From Paraspadella gotoi (Eukaryota > Animalia > Chaetognatha), in NCBI GenBank assembly GCA_051294375.1, contig CM119269.1, forward strand, positions 8,505,619 through 8,569,618: a stretch of DNA of 64,000 nucleotides. The letters are read 5' to 3'. The notes under the pieces are model-generated. The model made no database searches and had not been told where the DNA came from. It saw only the letters and a program-made list of their open reading frames with translations. The stretch's first letter is position 1, and each line of letters starts with the position of its first letter. A program made the position numbers and the translations under genes. This document shows, one piece after another, positions 1-13,948 of this stretch.

Positions 1-1979
1 GTCGTTGTCGTTGTCGTCGTCGTCAGTTGTCGACAAATTTTGTCTTTGTTGATGACTTTTGTTATTTCGTGCGGAAATCCTAAAAATTGTAGTCAGTGTA
101 AAAAGAGTAAATTGTAATTAATGTAAGAACAGTTGCGGTCGTAAATGTTATTCTTTTCGTGGTCGACGCTTTCGTTGTTTTCGTTTCTCTTGCAGTCTCC
201 GCTTTCATTATTCAAATGATCTACGCGAAAAAAAAAAGGAGAAAATTTTGACGCGATTTATTCTCTTTTGTCACCTAAACATAAACAAAAGACAAAAATG
301 TTTATATAGAAAAAGAAAACAAAAGAACAACAACTTTCGAAGATGGCGAAGTCGGCGCTTGGGTGGGGATTAAGTAGAGTGGAAAGGGGGTGGGATGGTG
401 GTCGGGTGGCATGGTGGGCGAAGAAAACCTGGGAGGGCGGATGGCTATCGGCGGTTCAAAATAATTAATTAATTTTAAAAGAAATGAGTGTTTTATTCGT
501 ATTATAAACAAATAAAAGATTTTTTTTTTTTAATTATTTTTTTTTATAAGTTGATCGACAAATTTAAAGACTTAATAGTTGCCGAGAAGTTAATAACCAA
601 GACGGCAAGACACGTATTAAAATTATGCAAAAATTGATATCGTCGAGGGCGGGCTACAAAATGAGTCACAATTTAGGTCTCTAGGGGGAAGGGATTCAGG
701 GATATCTCCCCAGAAAATGTTACTAACGAGAAAAATCAAACTATCAAATAATACATAGTACGAGTTGGTCAGAGGGACAGATGGACTTCGAAAACTCTCT
801 GATAACGAGAGTTCATAAATTGGCCTAAAATAAACAGGCATATTATTGGTTTATGACATTTAAGTTTCATCATGCAGCAAGGGCAAATATACAGGATTTC
901 AAAGAATTGTATACCTTTTGTACTTTGAAATATGAATTCAGCGTAGGTAATCAAATTTATGGCATCACAGCCATCCTACTGATATCAACATATTAGTGCT
1001 ATGCAACATGATGCATCATGTTTACAAATACGATATTAAATTTTATTTAAAAAAATATAATATCCTACTCTCGTAGTAATAATTTTTGAGAAGAAATGGA
1101 AAATAACATATATAAAAGCCCGCCACAATGTATATATACATAAACGTAATATTTGAACATTACTCACCATCATTCCGCAAGATCAATTTTGACAGTAACT
1201 ATAGGATCAATTACTTTACATGCATAGAATAATAAAGCACCGGTAACTCTCAATTTTTTGGCATTTTTAAATTTTATATTTATTTTTCTAAATTCTGCTC
1301 ATATTACGGAACTTAGGAGAGATGATTTGAGTTGCTATTATTCCTTTTTTTACTGCGACTAAATTAAAATTGTTTTATCGATATCTTAATTCTAAATTTT
1401 AACACCTCTCAAAAAGAATAGTCATTACGCAATTTGTGTGTTCCAGTTTTTCATCATGAAAGTTGACTCGTGACACATTTTGAGGACGAGAAATGTTAGT
1501 AAACAATTTTTTATTAAATGCCCCCTATTTGCCCCCTGTACCTCTAAAGTGAAGTCGAGAGATGATCAGTTGGGACAATATTTCAACCTGCTCCCTCACT
1601 CTACATTGGATATCAAAAATCCTTTCTCTCTGAGAGCGAGGAGTTTCATTCATTGGCATGTTCAAAAATTGCACAACAGTCTTAATTCCTCGCTTCAAAA
1701 CTATATTACTGAATGACTATAAAACTACTCCATCTGAATCAATCACACATGTATTATATAATAAATGGGTAATTATCAATAGGCAAATTACCGCGGTTCA
1801 ATATTTGAAAGGCAGCCGCATGACAACTAAAGGCGTAGTAAAATTTCTAAATTTAACTTTCAATTAAAATTCTAAAAGTGCAGCGCAGCAATGAATACAA
1901 CATTGGATTCATACTAGATAAAACAGTTTAGGCCTGTAATAAAAGAATTTATCAAATACGCAATTTGTACCCTCTTACG

Positions 1980-2415
1980 CAGTAGGGCCATATTGATATA
2001 CGTAGAGAAGTACTAATCAATAAATATTAAAAATTTCCAAAACAGTTTATTTCTAAATTTTTTTTTGCACGAGTATGGCTATTTCGTCATAAAAAGTTGA
2101 TAAAAAAAAAATATAAACTCTTTTTAAAAAATTCCTTCATTAAGTGGCGTTTCAACCACAATTAGCAAAAAAACTATATTTTAAGCTGAAAAATTAACTT
2201 TTTATATTATCATAATAGGTAGGATTTTTTAATTTTTTAAGCCCACTTAAATGAAAGGTAATGTTTTTAAAAATGATTTATATTTCTTAATACAACTTTT
2301 GACGAGCTAAATTCAAAAATCTGCAATCCAGAAATTAATGAAAAGCCATATTTTGAAATTTTTCGCAATTTTATATAGAGATAAGTACGTATATGATAAA
2401 TAATAAAGCCTACTG
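1980..2415. mobile_element. MITE-like palindromic non-autonomous DNA transposon (~440 bp)
   Basis: Ends CAGTAGG(G)C... and ...GCCTACTG are inverted. Internal segments also pair: ttcgtcataaaaagttg...ttcattaagtggc (~2083-2150) matches the reverse complement of gcccacttaaatgaaagg...caacttttgacgag (~2240-2306). No ORF; TSD not clean. Confidence 0.6.
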
Positions 2416-3036
2416 CCGAATATTAAAACACATTTAAAATTTAATTTTTACATAGTTAATATTCTCTGCATGATCATGAATTGTTCATAATTCCGACATT
2501 TTCGAATTTTCGTCTATGTAACTTTCACTACCGCACTTAATGACCAAGTGCCCTTACAAGCTCCGGAATAATACCCGGCTAATACCAATGGTAATCCTGC
2601 TACTTTTGCCCTAAGGTTATCCAATCCATAAAAACCACATGCCTGTCCTCCAATAAGCTCATCCGCTAAAACTCTAGCAAAAGATTTCTTAGGCATGCTT
2701 AATAACCTTTTTATTCACATTATTCTCTGTGCTTTCACCTTATCTCTAATATCCATTAATTGCGCTCACTAATTAATTAAACCCATCTCTTTGAGCCGCG
2801 CTCTCTACCAACGAACACTAAGGGCCTTTTTTAAATAAAAAATTATAATAATAATCACAGATAAGCTTCTAAAATATATTATATTCGCGCATAGACAATA
2901 AACTTGGGAATAAAAGGGTTCTTTTGCGACTCGTATTTTCTAGAATAAAACACTACAATATGCAAATGAGTATAAAGTTTGTTTTTCCGTTGCAGGTAAT
3001 CTAAGTAAATGAAAACAATCAAAAAAATGAAAGGAC

Positions 3037-3851
3037 CTTTGTGGCATTAAAAAAAAGCCACCGACACTCGAAAGGAACACTCGTCCTTAACTGGAGCACT
3101 TTGAGAAAAGCATCGGACGATCGGAACGGATTAAAGAAGCCGACTTCAGGAGCTTCAACGTCGGCTCCAGTGAGTCTCTTCAAAGTGACGGTTTCCTCGT
3201 CGCTCCAACGAGATCCCGACGCCCTGGGAGGTTTTTTTCTTTTTTTTCTTTTTTTTTTCTTTTTTTTTTCCTTTTTTTTTTTTTGAGATTGATGGGATGA
3301 TTGAATTTGGCTTGTGGGTGATTTGGGGTCGGAGGAGGAGGTTTTGGGGGAAAGAGATGGTGCTGGGAGACGGAAAGAAGGAGATGAAAAGAGAGACAGA
3401 TAGGAGAAAAAGGATCAATTCTGTAGAGATACCGGAGTCAATGATTAAAAATACTCTATGGGGCGCGTCGTATCTTTCTATCTCTCCTCACCTTCAATAA
3501 CCGCCCATATAAATTTCCATCTATAAAAGTAACGCTCTCCACCATTCATGTCTCTTCCACCGCCCACCATCCCCCATGAACCACCCACATCCCANNNNNN
3601 NNNNNNNNNNNNNNNNNNNATCACCATCCGCCACCCCAATCAACCCCCTATTCCAACCCTTGAAGAGCCACCGCCATCGATCGCGGCGGTCCGTGCTTCA
3701 ACCGCCAGATCACAAGACGACGCCGACGCCTGACGAAAAAAAAAAAAAGACGAGAAAAAAGAAAAAGAAAAAAGCAGGAGAAAAAAAGAAAGGAGGAATG
3801 ATATCACAGGTAAATTTTCGCGGGGCCACCAATTTTCTTTAACTCTGCTTC
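3037..3851 (-). CDS. Putative short exons of a PH-domain-like protein (partial gene)
   Basis: AG/GT-bounded segments 3851-3808, 3729-3658 and 3520-3492 splice in consistent phase to EAELKKIGGPAKIYLRRRRLVIWRLKHGPPRSMAVALQGWKFIWAVIE. Segment 3223-3037 reads WSDEETVTLKRLTGADVEAP...LKVLQLRT...WLFFNA. The GWKxxWAV and L-x-T...LFxA spacing resembles PH domains of the PSD/EFA6 or spectrin type. The last junction is out of phase (missing micro-exon or sequencing error). Confidence 0.35.
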
Positions 3852-5639
3852 CTTGTCAGTTGGAGTCGGGCGTGAGGAAGAGAGGGGCAGGAGAGGAGGG
3901 CGGAAGGGGGTGGAGGGGGGAGGCGAAGAGAAGCGACTAAATCTCGGCGAAATAAAGGTCTTTTTTTCTTCGTCGGCATCGATTTGTCGAAAAAGTAGTT
4001 TATCACATCCGCCGAAGAGGACGACGACGACGACGACGAACGACGACAATAATTGCGATAACGGACGATATGACGGCAAATTGATCTTAAAAAAGACGAA
4101 CGACGACGACAATCAAGACGAATGACTACAATGGTCTTTTCTAACTCTTTTCCACATTTTATTAATTTTTCTCGATTTTGAATAGCATTTTTTAAAAGGC
4201 AAGTCGCCATTCACTATTTTTTCTCTGTCGCTCTCTCTCTCTCTTGCTAATTATTTACACCAGTTTATAAACGTAATAATTAAAATTAGAAACTTGAACT
4301 TTATTGGCAGCAAATCTTTGTTCTAGTAACGGTGAGGTGAAACAGTAAAGTAAGTTAAGGTGACATAAAGCAGAGTTTCACTTTAACTTACAGCGTCAAA
4401 TCGCACTTTGTTTCGTCCTTCACTTACGGCACCGTCGCCTGACCGACCTCTCCATCATCGCCAGCAGCCCGCAGAACGCTCACCCCTCAAAGCTCTGGCC
4501 ACCCTTGTAACTTTCGGCTTTCGCCCCTTCCTCCACTTCCTCCTCCTCCGCCTCTTCCTCTTCCTTCTCGCGCAAAAAGTCTCGTGCGCCAAACATCACA
4601 GAGACGCCGAACCATCAACGATGGAAGAGTCGTCGTCGTCGTCGCCAGTCAAACAATGGGACGGAACACAATTCCTCCGCTAAGGGATTTAAAGCGAACC
4701 ATCCTGGTTGAGGAAATGAGGGCAGAAAAAAACATTTGCGGAACGGATGCAGCGTAACACTCACGGTCTCTTCGCCATCTCTCTCTCTCTTTCCCCCCCT
4801 TTGCTCTCTCTCTCTTCTCTTCTCTCCTTCTCTTTTTACAGCTCTTTCTATCATGCTTTTTCCAACACTCTCTCCTCACTCTCCTACTCTCTCACTCTGT
4901 CTCTCTCTCTCTGCTCCTCTCTATCTCTATATCTCCTCTCTTTCTTTCTTCTCGTCGTCCCTTTAACTCTCTCTCTTTCTGCTCCGCTCTCTCTTACACG
5001 ACTCTCCTCTCTCTTTCTCGCTTATTCTAGCTCCTCTCTCATTCTCTTTACTCACTCACTCTCTCTCTCTCTACTTCTCTCATCATGCCTCCTCGTCTCT
5101 CTCACTCATCTCTCTCTCTCTCTCTCTCCTCTCTCTCTTTCTTTCATTGCCCCTGCCTCGCTCTCGGAATTCGTCTAGTTCCTCATGTGTCGCTCACAGT
5201 GCCTCACGTGGCGCGACGGCTTTTTCTCTTACTCTGCGCTTTCTTCACTCTCGCTCTTCGCTCTTTCGCTCCTCCTCCTCCTCTTCTTCGTCATAGGCGA
5301 CCGATCTTGACGATTAAAACGTCTCTCTCTCCGTCTTTTTCGTCCGCGCTCTGGCACCGGACCCTTGGAACAACAACATCGACGACAGACAAACAAACGA
5401 CACAAAACACTTTGATCGACTTTCGGTGGAACCGACGATCAACGCGCCTTTTATACGATTATAAAGAAAGAGATAGAAAGAAAGAAAGCAAAGAAGAAAG
5501 AAAGAGAGAAAGAAAGAATAGGAGAGATATGAAATGAAAAGGACGGGTTGCGAGGAATGCCTCCACCGAAGTGATTCCCGCGGCATGTGAAAATCGTGTG
5601 ATTCTTCACCTACAATCAAAAGTTCGATTCCCCACTTGA

Positions 5640-6980
5640 AAATTGTCAGGGGAGGCTGTTGTCTGGTTATTGGTTGTGTTAGTTGTTTGGTCGTCGGTTG
5701 TCTTCGGTTTGACGCATATTTCCTATCAACATGCTTGTGTTTCACATTTCCGCTTGTAATGTTGATTTATATAATGGGGCGGCGATCCCCGGAGCCCGTA
5801 AAGTCATCTAACGTTTTAGTTTCCCAATTATGGTAGTGATTTCTTTTTCATGTTAGTTCATTGAATCCATCAGGAAACGAAAATTGCTTTTTACTACCTT
5901 TAAAAAAAAAATCAAAATTTGCTGCTGCAGTTGTTCGCCACATATCAGAGACGGACGATGCGCCCACAGAATTTCCACAGCAGCGCACAACGACGATATG
6001 CGCCCCCGCTAAAATTCCAACGAACAAAACGGGCGATGGCCCCACCCGCCAAATCCGCTAAATCATCTTGGCTCTTCGCCTTCGGGGCACTGCGACTTCT
6101 CCAGCGACGGAAAGATTCGCGCGGACGTTTTTGGAAGCTGCATGCGGGATCGCGGTCCAACAAGTGTTGTTGTTGTCGTTCTTCGGTCGTCCGTCCATTT
6201 CTGCGTCGCGTCTCGTCGTCCGATAATGTCAGGGGCGGTTTAAAAAGTATTTTCAAAGCGCGGGCCCCTCGATAAAAAAATTTGAAGAGCGAGGCGGAAG
6301 AATTTAACACGACAAACCACGACTGAAGAATATATCAAAAAATGACAGTAAGTACGTTTTATTTTTATTTGACAAAATTTCGAGGAGGCTGTTGTTGTTA
6401 TTGTTGTTGTTGTTGTTGTCGTTGTCCGGTTGACGCATATTTCCTATCAACAGTTGTTCTCAATTCTCGCTTTGTAGTTTGATTTATAGCGGCGATCGCC
6501 GTAAAGTCTATTTTNNNNNNNNNNNNNNNNNNNNNNNNNNNNNNNNNNNNNNNNNNNNNNNNNNNNNNNNNNNNNNNNNNNNNNNNNNNNNNNNNNNNNN
6601 NNNNNNNNNNNNNNNNNNNNNNNNNNNNNNNNNNNNNNNNNNNNNNNNNNNNNNNNNNNNNNNNNNNNNNNNNNNNNNNNNNNNNNNNNNNNNNNNNNNN
6701 NNNNNNNNNNNNNNNNNNNNNNNNNNNNNNNNNNNNNNNNNNNTTCGCCACATATCCAAAAGGACGATCGCCACAAATCCACAACGACGATCGCCCTAAA
6801 TTCACAACGGCGATCGCCCCCAAATCCCTAAATCTCTCTTCGCCTTCGGCAACGCGAATTCCCAGCGACGAAAGATTCGCGCGATTTTTGACTCATCGAT
6901 CGCGCCAAAGTTGTTGTTGTTGTCGTCTTCGTCGTCGTCCTCGTCGTCGTCGTCGTCGTCAGATAAGGCGGTTTATTTCN
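5640..6980. repeat. Tandem duplicate ~0.65 kb (noisy copy ~5640-6260, gapped cleaner copy ~6380-6980); probable assembly redundancy
   Basis: Shared anchors in the same order (cggtt(t)gacgcatatttcctatcaaca; ttcgccacatatc; aaagattcgcgcg). The first copy has many single-base insertions. Confidence 0.7.
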
Positions 6981-8339
6981 NNNNNNNNNNNNNNNNNNNN
7001 NNNNNNNNNNNNNNNNNNNNNNNNNNNNNNNNNNNNNNNNNNNNNNNNNNNNNNNNNNNNNNNNNNNNNNNNNNNNNNNNNNNNNNNNNNNNNNNNNNNN
7101 NNNNNNNNNNNNNNNNNNNNNNNNNNNNNNNNNNNNNNNNNNNNNNNNNNNNNNNNNNNNNNNNNNNNNNNNNNNNNNNNNNNNNNNNNNNNNNNNNNNN
7201 NNNNNNNNNNNNNNNNNNNNNNNNNNNNNNNNNNNNNNNNNNNNNNNNNNNNNNNNNNNNNNNNNNNNNNNNNNNNNNNNNNNNNNNNNNNNNNNNNNNN
7301 NNNNNNNNNNNNNNNNNNNNNNNNNNNNNNNNNNNNNNNNNNNNNNNNNNNNNNNNNNNNNNNNNNNNNNNNNNNNNNNNNNNNNNNNNNNNNNNNNNNN
7401 NNNNNNNNNNNNNNNNNNNNNNNNNNNNNNNNNNNNNNNNNNNNNNNNNNNNNNNNNNNNNNGTTTTCAAATCATAAATCGTTGGAAAGAAATTTCGTCT
7501 CATTAAAAAAAAAGAGTTTTATCTCCCGTGAAATAAATTCATAAATGACGATTTATTTTTGTAACACTTGATTTTTATTTCGTAACTCAAAAGTTTTAGT
7601 GACNNNNNNNNNNNNNNNNNNNNNNNNNNNNNNNNNNNNNNNNNNNNNNNNNNNNNNNNNNNNNNNNNNNNNNNNNNNNNNNNNNNNNNNNNNNNNNNNN
7701 NNNNNNNNNNNNNNNNNNNNNNNNNNNNNNNNNNNNNNNNNNNNNNNNNNNNNNNNNNNNNNNNNNNNNNNNNNNNNNNNNNNNNNNNNNNNNNNNNNNN
7801 NNNNNNNNNNNNNNNNNNNNNNNNNNNNNNNNNNNNNNNNNNNNNNNNNNNNNNNNNNNNNTTAATGCTCTCTCGTCTTGCATTTAAAGCCTTTGAACTG
7901 GCCATTTTGAGCTCTAATAGAGCCTTTTTCCTATTCCACCGAAGCCAAAATACTCCCTAATGTACTGAATCTTTATTGTTGCGTCTTTTTTTTTCTTCTT
8001 CGTCCGACTTAAACTCGACCTCAAATTTGTTTACGTTTTCGTTGACTTCGTTTATTTTCTTGACTCGATTGAAATCTGGGCCAAGATTGACAAGACGGTG
8101 ATTCTGCCAAGCCATAGACATTGATGGCGACCAAACGGCCTTCTTTTCTCCCGAGTCGCAAGGCTGAGTTGCCCTCGACCGAAATATCGAGAGAATCTTT
8201 AAAACGTCTAAATGATAGTCTTTCTTTCTTTTTCCTTTTAAATGCCCTCGTCAGCATGCTTCATTGGCTCCTCGTTATTCGCAACCTTCTTGCTTTTCTG
8301 CTCTCACACCAACTAGCAATTTGAAAATTTCCGCAATAA

Positions 8340-8690
8340 TTGCTTTTCCCTCTTTCTTCTTAGCTTCTGCGTTCTACCCTTCTTTCATGTCTTCAGCATC
8401 TCGCCTTCTTTCTTCTTTGCCACTCTTTCATCCAATAACCTTTCCATGTCTTCATACAATGCTTTCCTCCCTCCTTTAACGACTTCCGCACCTTGTCTTC
8501 TTTCTTCTTTCCCTCTCTTTACTCCTTCCATGTCTTCCTACCTTTCCATGCCTTCTTACCATGCTTTCCCTCGTTCTTTAATATCTTCCGTACCTTGTTT
8601 TCTTTCTTCTTTACCTCTTTTTTCTCCTTCCATGTTTCCCCACCTTGCCATGCTTTCCCACCATGCTTTCTTCCCTCCTTTCCCCCTTTC
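8340..8690. repeat. Pyrimidine-rich minisatellite (~90-100 bp unit, 2-3 copies)
   Basis: Recurrent cttctttcttcttt...ctccttccatgt...ccatgctttcc motifs. Confidence 0.55.
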
Positions 8691-8814
8691 CCCCGATGGC
8701 GAATCTCGTCCGTCGAGGATTCGTTGAGAGACAGACCGACCGACCAACTCGAGTCTTCGACCCGAAAGCGAATTTGGATGCGAGATATCGAGGTCGCGAT
8801 GAACTTCATCGGGG

Positions 8815-9125
8815 TCGTCATCGTCATCATCATAACATTCGACATCATCGTCATCATTGTCATCATCATCATAACATTCAACATCATCGTCATCATTGTT
8901 ATCATCATCATAACATTCGATATCATCGTCATCGTTGTCGTCATCACCATAGCATTCAACATCATCGTCATCATCATCATAACATTCAACATCATCGTCA
9001 ACATTGTCATCATCATCATCATCATAATATTCTACATCATCGTCATCGTTGTCATTATCATCGTGATGATGATAACATCATCATCGTCATCAGCATCATC
9101 ATCGTCATCATCATCATCGACAATG
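8815..9125. repeat. (ATC)n-derived minisatellite, ~39-bp unit
   Basis: Unit catcgtcatcattgtcatcatcatcataacattc(a/g)acat recurs about 6 times. It explains the His-rich and Ile-rich ORFs here. Confidence 0.8.
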
Positions 9126-9940
9126 ACAACTGCGATATTTTTTCTGCTACTGCTTGTTACTTACATATAGATGTCAAGAACGATTNNNNNNNNNNNNNNN
9201 NNNNNNNNNNNNNNNNNNNNNNNNNNNNNNNNNNNNNNNNNNNNNNNNNNNNNNNNNNNNNNNNNNNNNNNNNNNNNNNNNNNNNNNNNNNNNNNNNNNN
9301 NNNNNNNNNNNNNNNNNNNNNNNNNNNNNNNNNNNNNNNNNNNNNNNNNNNNNNNNNNNNNNNNNNNNNNNNNNNNNNNNNNNNNNNNNNNNNNNNNNNN
9401 NNNNNNNNNNNNNNNNNNNNNNNNNNNNNNNNNNNNNNNNNNNNNNNNNNNNNNNNNNNNNNNNNNNNNNNNNNNNNNNNNNNNNNNNNNNNNNNNNNNN
9501 NNNNNNNNNNNNNNNNNNNNNNNNNNNNNNNNNNNNNNNNNNNNNNNNNNNNNNNNNNNNNNNNNNNNNNNNNNNNNNNNNNNNNNNNNNNNNNNNNNNN
9601 NNNNNNNNNNNNNNNNNNNNNNNNNNNNNNNNNNNNNNNNNNNNNNNNNNNNNNNNNNNNNNNNNNNNNNNNNNNNNNNNNNNNNNNNNNNNNNNNNNNN
9701 NNNNNNNNNNNNNNNNNNNNNNNNNNNNNNNNNNNNNNNNNNNNNNNNNNNNNNNNNNNNNNNNNNNNNNNNNNNNNNNNNNNNNNNNNNNNNNNNNNNN
9801 NNNNNNNNNNNNNNNNNNNNNNNNNNNNNNAGAGAGAGAGAGACCATACGACGGAGGTTAAAGGTCGAACGAGATCGCGTGGGTCAACTGAGTTTGAATA
9901 GTGAAAGGAAAAGTAAACAAACACGGAGGTAGACTGACTG

Positions 9941-9986
9941 CGCACGTGACTTTGCACGTGACTTTGCGTGTGACTTTGCGTGTGAC
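9941..9986. repeat. 12-bp tandem repeat containing E-boxes
   Basis: gcacgtgacttt gcacgtgacttt gcgtgtgacttt gcgtgtgac. Confidence 0.7.
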
Positions 9987-11480
9987 CTCACGCCCCGAAT
10001 CATGAGACGAGAAACGATTTATTTCTTATGATGAAATGAATTATTCGATTCTCTAAATCCACAGGGAACATTTTTTTTTAATACGCTAAAGCTTGGAATT
10101 TCTATTACGGAAAAAAACCAGAGTCTTTTAGTATATCATTTATAGGATTTTATTACAATTTATGACAATTTATGACATTGTAACGAGAAAAGTAAACAAA
10201 TTTAAAAGCTTCTTTCTTGCTTCTCATTTGGAATTTTAGATCCCGAGATCGAGAATCGAATTGGATGGATCTTGTTCGTCGATCGAAAAGTCAAGTAAAG
10301 CCACGCCTACAAATCCGATCCAGACTTCCTCGCTAATCACCATAATCGAGGCCGAGTCGTTGTTGTCGTTGTTGTTGTTTTTGTCTTCATCTTCGTCGTC
10401 CTTCATCCTTTTAAATTCGGTTGCCGGGATTTTATCTCCGCNNNNNNNNNNNNNNNNNNNNNNNNNNNNNNNNNNNNNNNNNNNNNNNNNNNNNNNNNNN
10501 NNNNNNNNNNNNNNNNNNNNNNNNNNNNNNNNNNNNNNNNNNNNNNNNNNNNNNNNNNNNNNNNNNNNNNNNNNNNNNNNNNNNNNNNNNGAGAGAGAGA
10601 GAGAGAGAGAGAGAGAGGTTATAATGAGAAAGTGGAAAAGATCATGAAAAACTTTTCTCGTTCATTTTTATCTTCAGACGATTGACTTTTGACCCGAAAG
10701 ATAAAAAAGGTGATAAAAACCGGAGATATAACCAGATGTTGTTCATCACGTGATCATTAGTGTGTCACGTGACTCTATTTCACGCGAAGTCACGAAATCC
10801 GAGTCACACACGAGTCAATGAGTCAGGCGTCGTTCGGTGAACGCGAACGAACAACTTCACAAATTCTTGTGAAGGCAGTTAAATTATCGTGAACAAGGGA
10901 AATAGAAAGTGACGGGGATTGGAAAAAGTTGTTTTAGCTTTCTCGGTAGTTAATTAAACGAAATTTAGTTGTTTGGTATTTAGTTAGTACTTAGTTATTT
11001 AGTTTCTATTTGTACAATTTGTCATTACGAAATACGAAAATTTTGATTTTGAGTACAAACCGTGATAAGTTTTAAAAACCTATATTAATCTTAACCATCC
11101 AGTTTATTTTCATTTGTGATTACAATTGAATAATAATTGGTTCTTGCTTTTTTTTTTACTTTTTTTTTTCCTTCTAATCTGAAGTCAAAAGAAAATTCGA
11201 GGCGACAAAACCTTTTAGGCTTTCGACCTTCGGACGAAGGCTCTGGCTTTGGAAGAGGAGGGAGGAAGAGAAGGGGGAAGGGAGAGAGGAGGGGAAAGAG
11301 GAGAAGGGGAAGGAAATGGGGATGAAGGAGGAAGAGAAAGGGGGAAAGGGGGAAAAGAGGAAGAAGAGTGGAGGAGAAATCTATGGATATTGGGAATTGC
11401 TTAGAGGACATTGAGAAAGTGGTTGGGGAAAAATACATTTAAAGTAAAGAAGACTGAAAGAGTGGAGAGATGGGAAGATC

Positions 11481-11585
11481 GTATGAAATTGGTACAAACA
11501 ATATAAAAAAATATTAATTCGTTTATTGAATAGGCTATCTTGCCCCCTACTTTGGAAAGGCTATGATGGTTTGAGGCCTCCATCA
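11481..11585 (-). mobile_element. Short copy of a dispersed LINE-3'-end-like repeat
   Basis: The reverse complement (atggaggcctcaaaccatcatagcctttccaaagtagggggcaagatagc...tattgtttgtaccaatttcata) matches the 3' halves of the copies at 14313 and 56241. Confidence 0.7.
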
Positions 11586-11870
11586 AACATACGAGATTGG
11601 AACAACCTGCAAGTCGTGACCGATTCGGGAAAAGGCCAGAGAGGGAAAGAAGGGAGACTGAAGGGAAATAGCGAGGTGGGATGAAAAATAAGAAGAGGGG
11701 ATAGGAAAAGGGATAGAAAATTTAAGAAAGGGATAGAAAGAGGGTGGTGAAAGGAGTTTTCCTTTAATCCCATTTTCTTTTCTTTTTTTTTCTTTTTTCT
11801 TCTTTTTTTTTCGGAAAAAAATCCTGAGTCAGAAGTTGATCGAATTTCGTTTCCTCGGGAGTCGCGAGTC

Positions 11871-11999
<129 letters not shown>

Positions 12000-12140
12000 C
12001 CCTGGTAAATCACGCACGATGGACCAAAATTAGGGATAAAACTTTGTTCTTTTTTTCTCCTGAAAGGTGATCTGGTAATGAGAGAAAGAGTTAGGAGGAG
12101 AGAAAGCACGAGCCGTGCGACTGAGAGGAGAGTGAGAGAC

Positions 12141-12189
<49 letters not shown>

Positions 12190-12627
12190 GTGTTTAAAAT
12201 ATAAACACATGGATATTTATGTCATTTAAAATACATAGTGTCGATTCATTATATCATTGGTGGACATTATGACACTTTCAAAGACATTAGTCAACCTGTA
12301 CAGTGTACAGTGTACACGAGTGTTTTTCTGAGAATTAAATATAATTTAAAGAATTTATTGTACTCACTACTCAGTATAAAGTAAATTAAAGATAAATTCA
12401 TTTTTTAAAATGTCCTTTATAATAATTTTCGACGATTTTTGTAGCCTCTTTTTGGCCTCAGTATGGCCCCTTCGTGGCCTCTCAGTGGCCATTCTGAGGC
12501 CCCTTTAAGCTCCTTCTCGCTGAATCAAAAGCCGACACCGATAATCGATCTCCACCCTCCACTCTCCCCCTCGCCCCCCCCTCTCCCCCCAAAAAACCAC
12601 TTCCCTCGGTTGACAGCTGGCCTCTCT

Positions 12628-12693
<66 letters not shown>

Positions 12694-12840
12694 CCTCTCT
12701 CATTTAGTCGCTGAGATCGAAAAGAAAATATCACCGCGAAATAAAGAAAACAATTCGGGAAGAGAAAGACACATCGATTAAATCGACACAAGAACAAAAA
12801 TGTTCTGGTGTCTCGCTCTCTGTCTCTCTCTTTCCTCTCT

Positions 12841-12907
<67 letters not shown>

Positions 12908-13470
12908 GAAAACAATGCAAAAACATAATGCAAACGTAATTGTGCAGACAAAAATTCACCTTTTATCCTCATTTCTAATTAATTATTCTTTATTCAAGAA
13001 TTTTTGATTCATTACTCATTGTTTGTTATTCATGACTCAATTATCCATTTTCTCGGCACCAAAGATTAATGAGAAAAGAATTTTAGCAAAAATAATTAAG
13101 AGCAAAGGAAACGCGGATAACGACGACGCCGAAGACGACGAAGACGACGACGACAATTATATCGAGGATGATGACAACGATGACGGAAAGACGACAATGA
13201 AGACGACAGTGACGAATTTAAAAGCTGTCTGCAAAGACAATGATGTCGACGATGAAAACGACGCCGAAAAAGACTTTTTTCGATGTACATCAAGTTTCTT
13301 CTTTGATGGAGAATGACATCTTTACCGAAGTTTAAACCACATTCTCGGTCTGATCATCTAATCATGAGTCGAAAATCATTGGAGACTTGTCTTTACAGTT
13401 GACACCTCTGAAGCACGAGAAACAGCTAGGTCGAGAACCTTCTAATTAAAAAGACTCATAAGTCATACAT

Positions 13471-13535
13471 ACATAAGTCATACTAAAGGATGGTAGCATT
13501 TTGGCTCACATAACTTACGCCACATCAATTGTAGA

Positions 13536-13540
<5 letters not shown>
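13471..13540 (+). repeat. Left arm of a 70-bp inverted repeat (partner 22641-22710)
   Basis: acataagtcatactaaaggatggtagcattttggctcacataacttacgccacatcaattgtagatatct is 69/70 identical to the reverse complement of 22641-22710. Followed by (CT)n. Confidence 0.9.
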
Positions 13541-13578
<38 letters not shown>

Positions 13579-13948
13579 TTCTCTCTCTCTCTCTCTCTCT
13601 CTCTCGAAATTTGTGTTACACTTTAGGTATTTCATCTCAAGAGGCTTAGTTACATATTACATAGTATACATAGTATATTACACTATACCATCCCGAACTT
13701 TTATCAATTTTGCGGCAATGTGCACATTGATGCAAAAAGCGCGAAACGATTCAATCGACTTTTTGCAATTTCATCACCGAAGAGAAAATTAAATTTTCCG
13801 AGTTCCACCTGAGTTGAGTCAAATATTTATATTTTTTGTTGTTGTTTGATAAATGACTTTTTATCAATGCTACTTCATCCGTTCTTTCGTTTCTACTTCG
13901 GGAGTTCAGGTAAAGTCGGAATTTTGAATTTATTGATTGTCAAACAAA

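Noticed and set aside
8493-9170. His-rich, Ile-rich and Met-rich ORFs
   Set aside because: Translations of the (ATC)n minisatellite.
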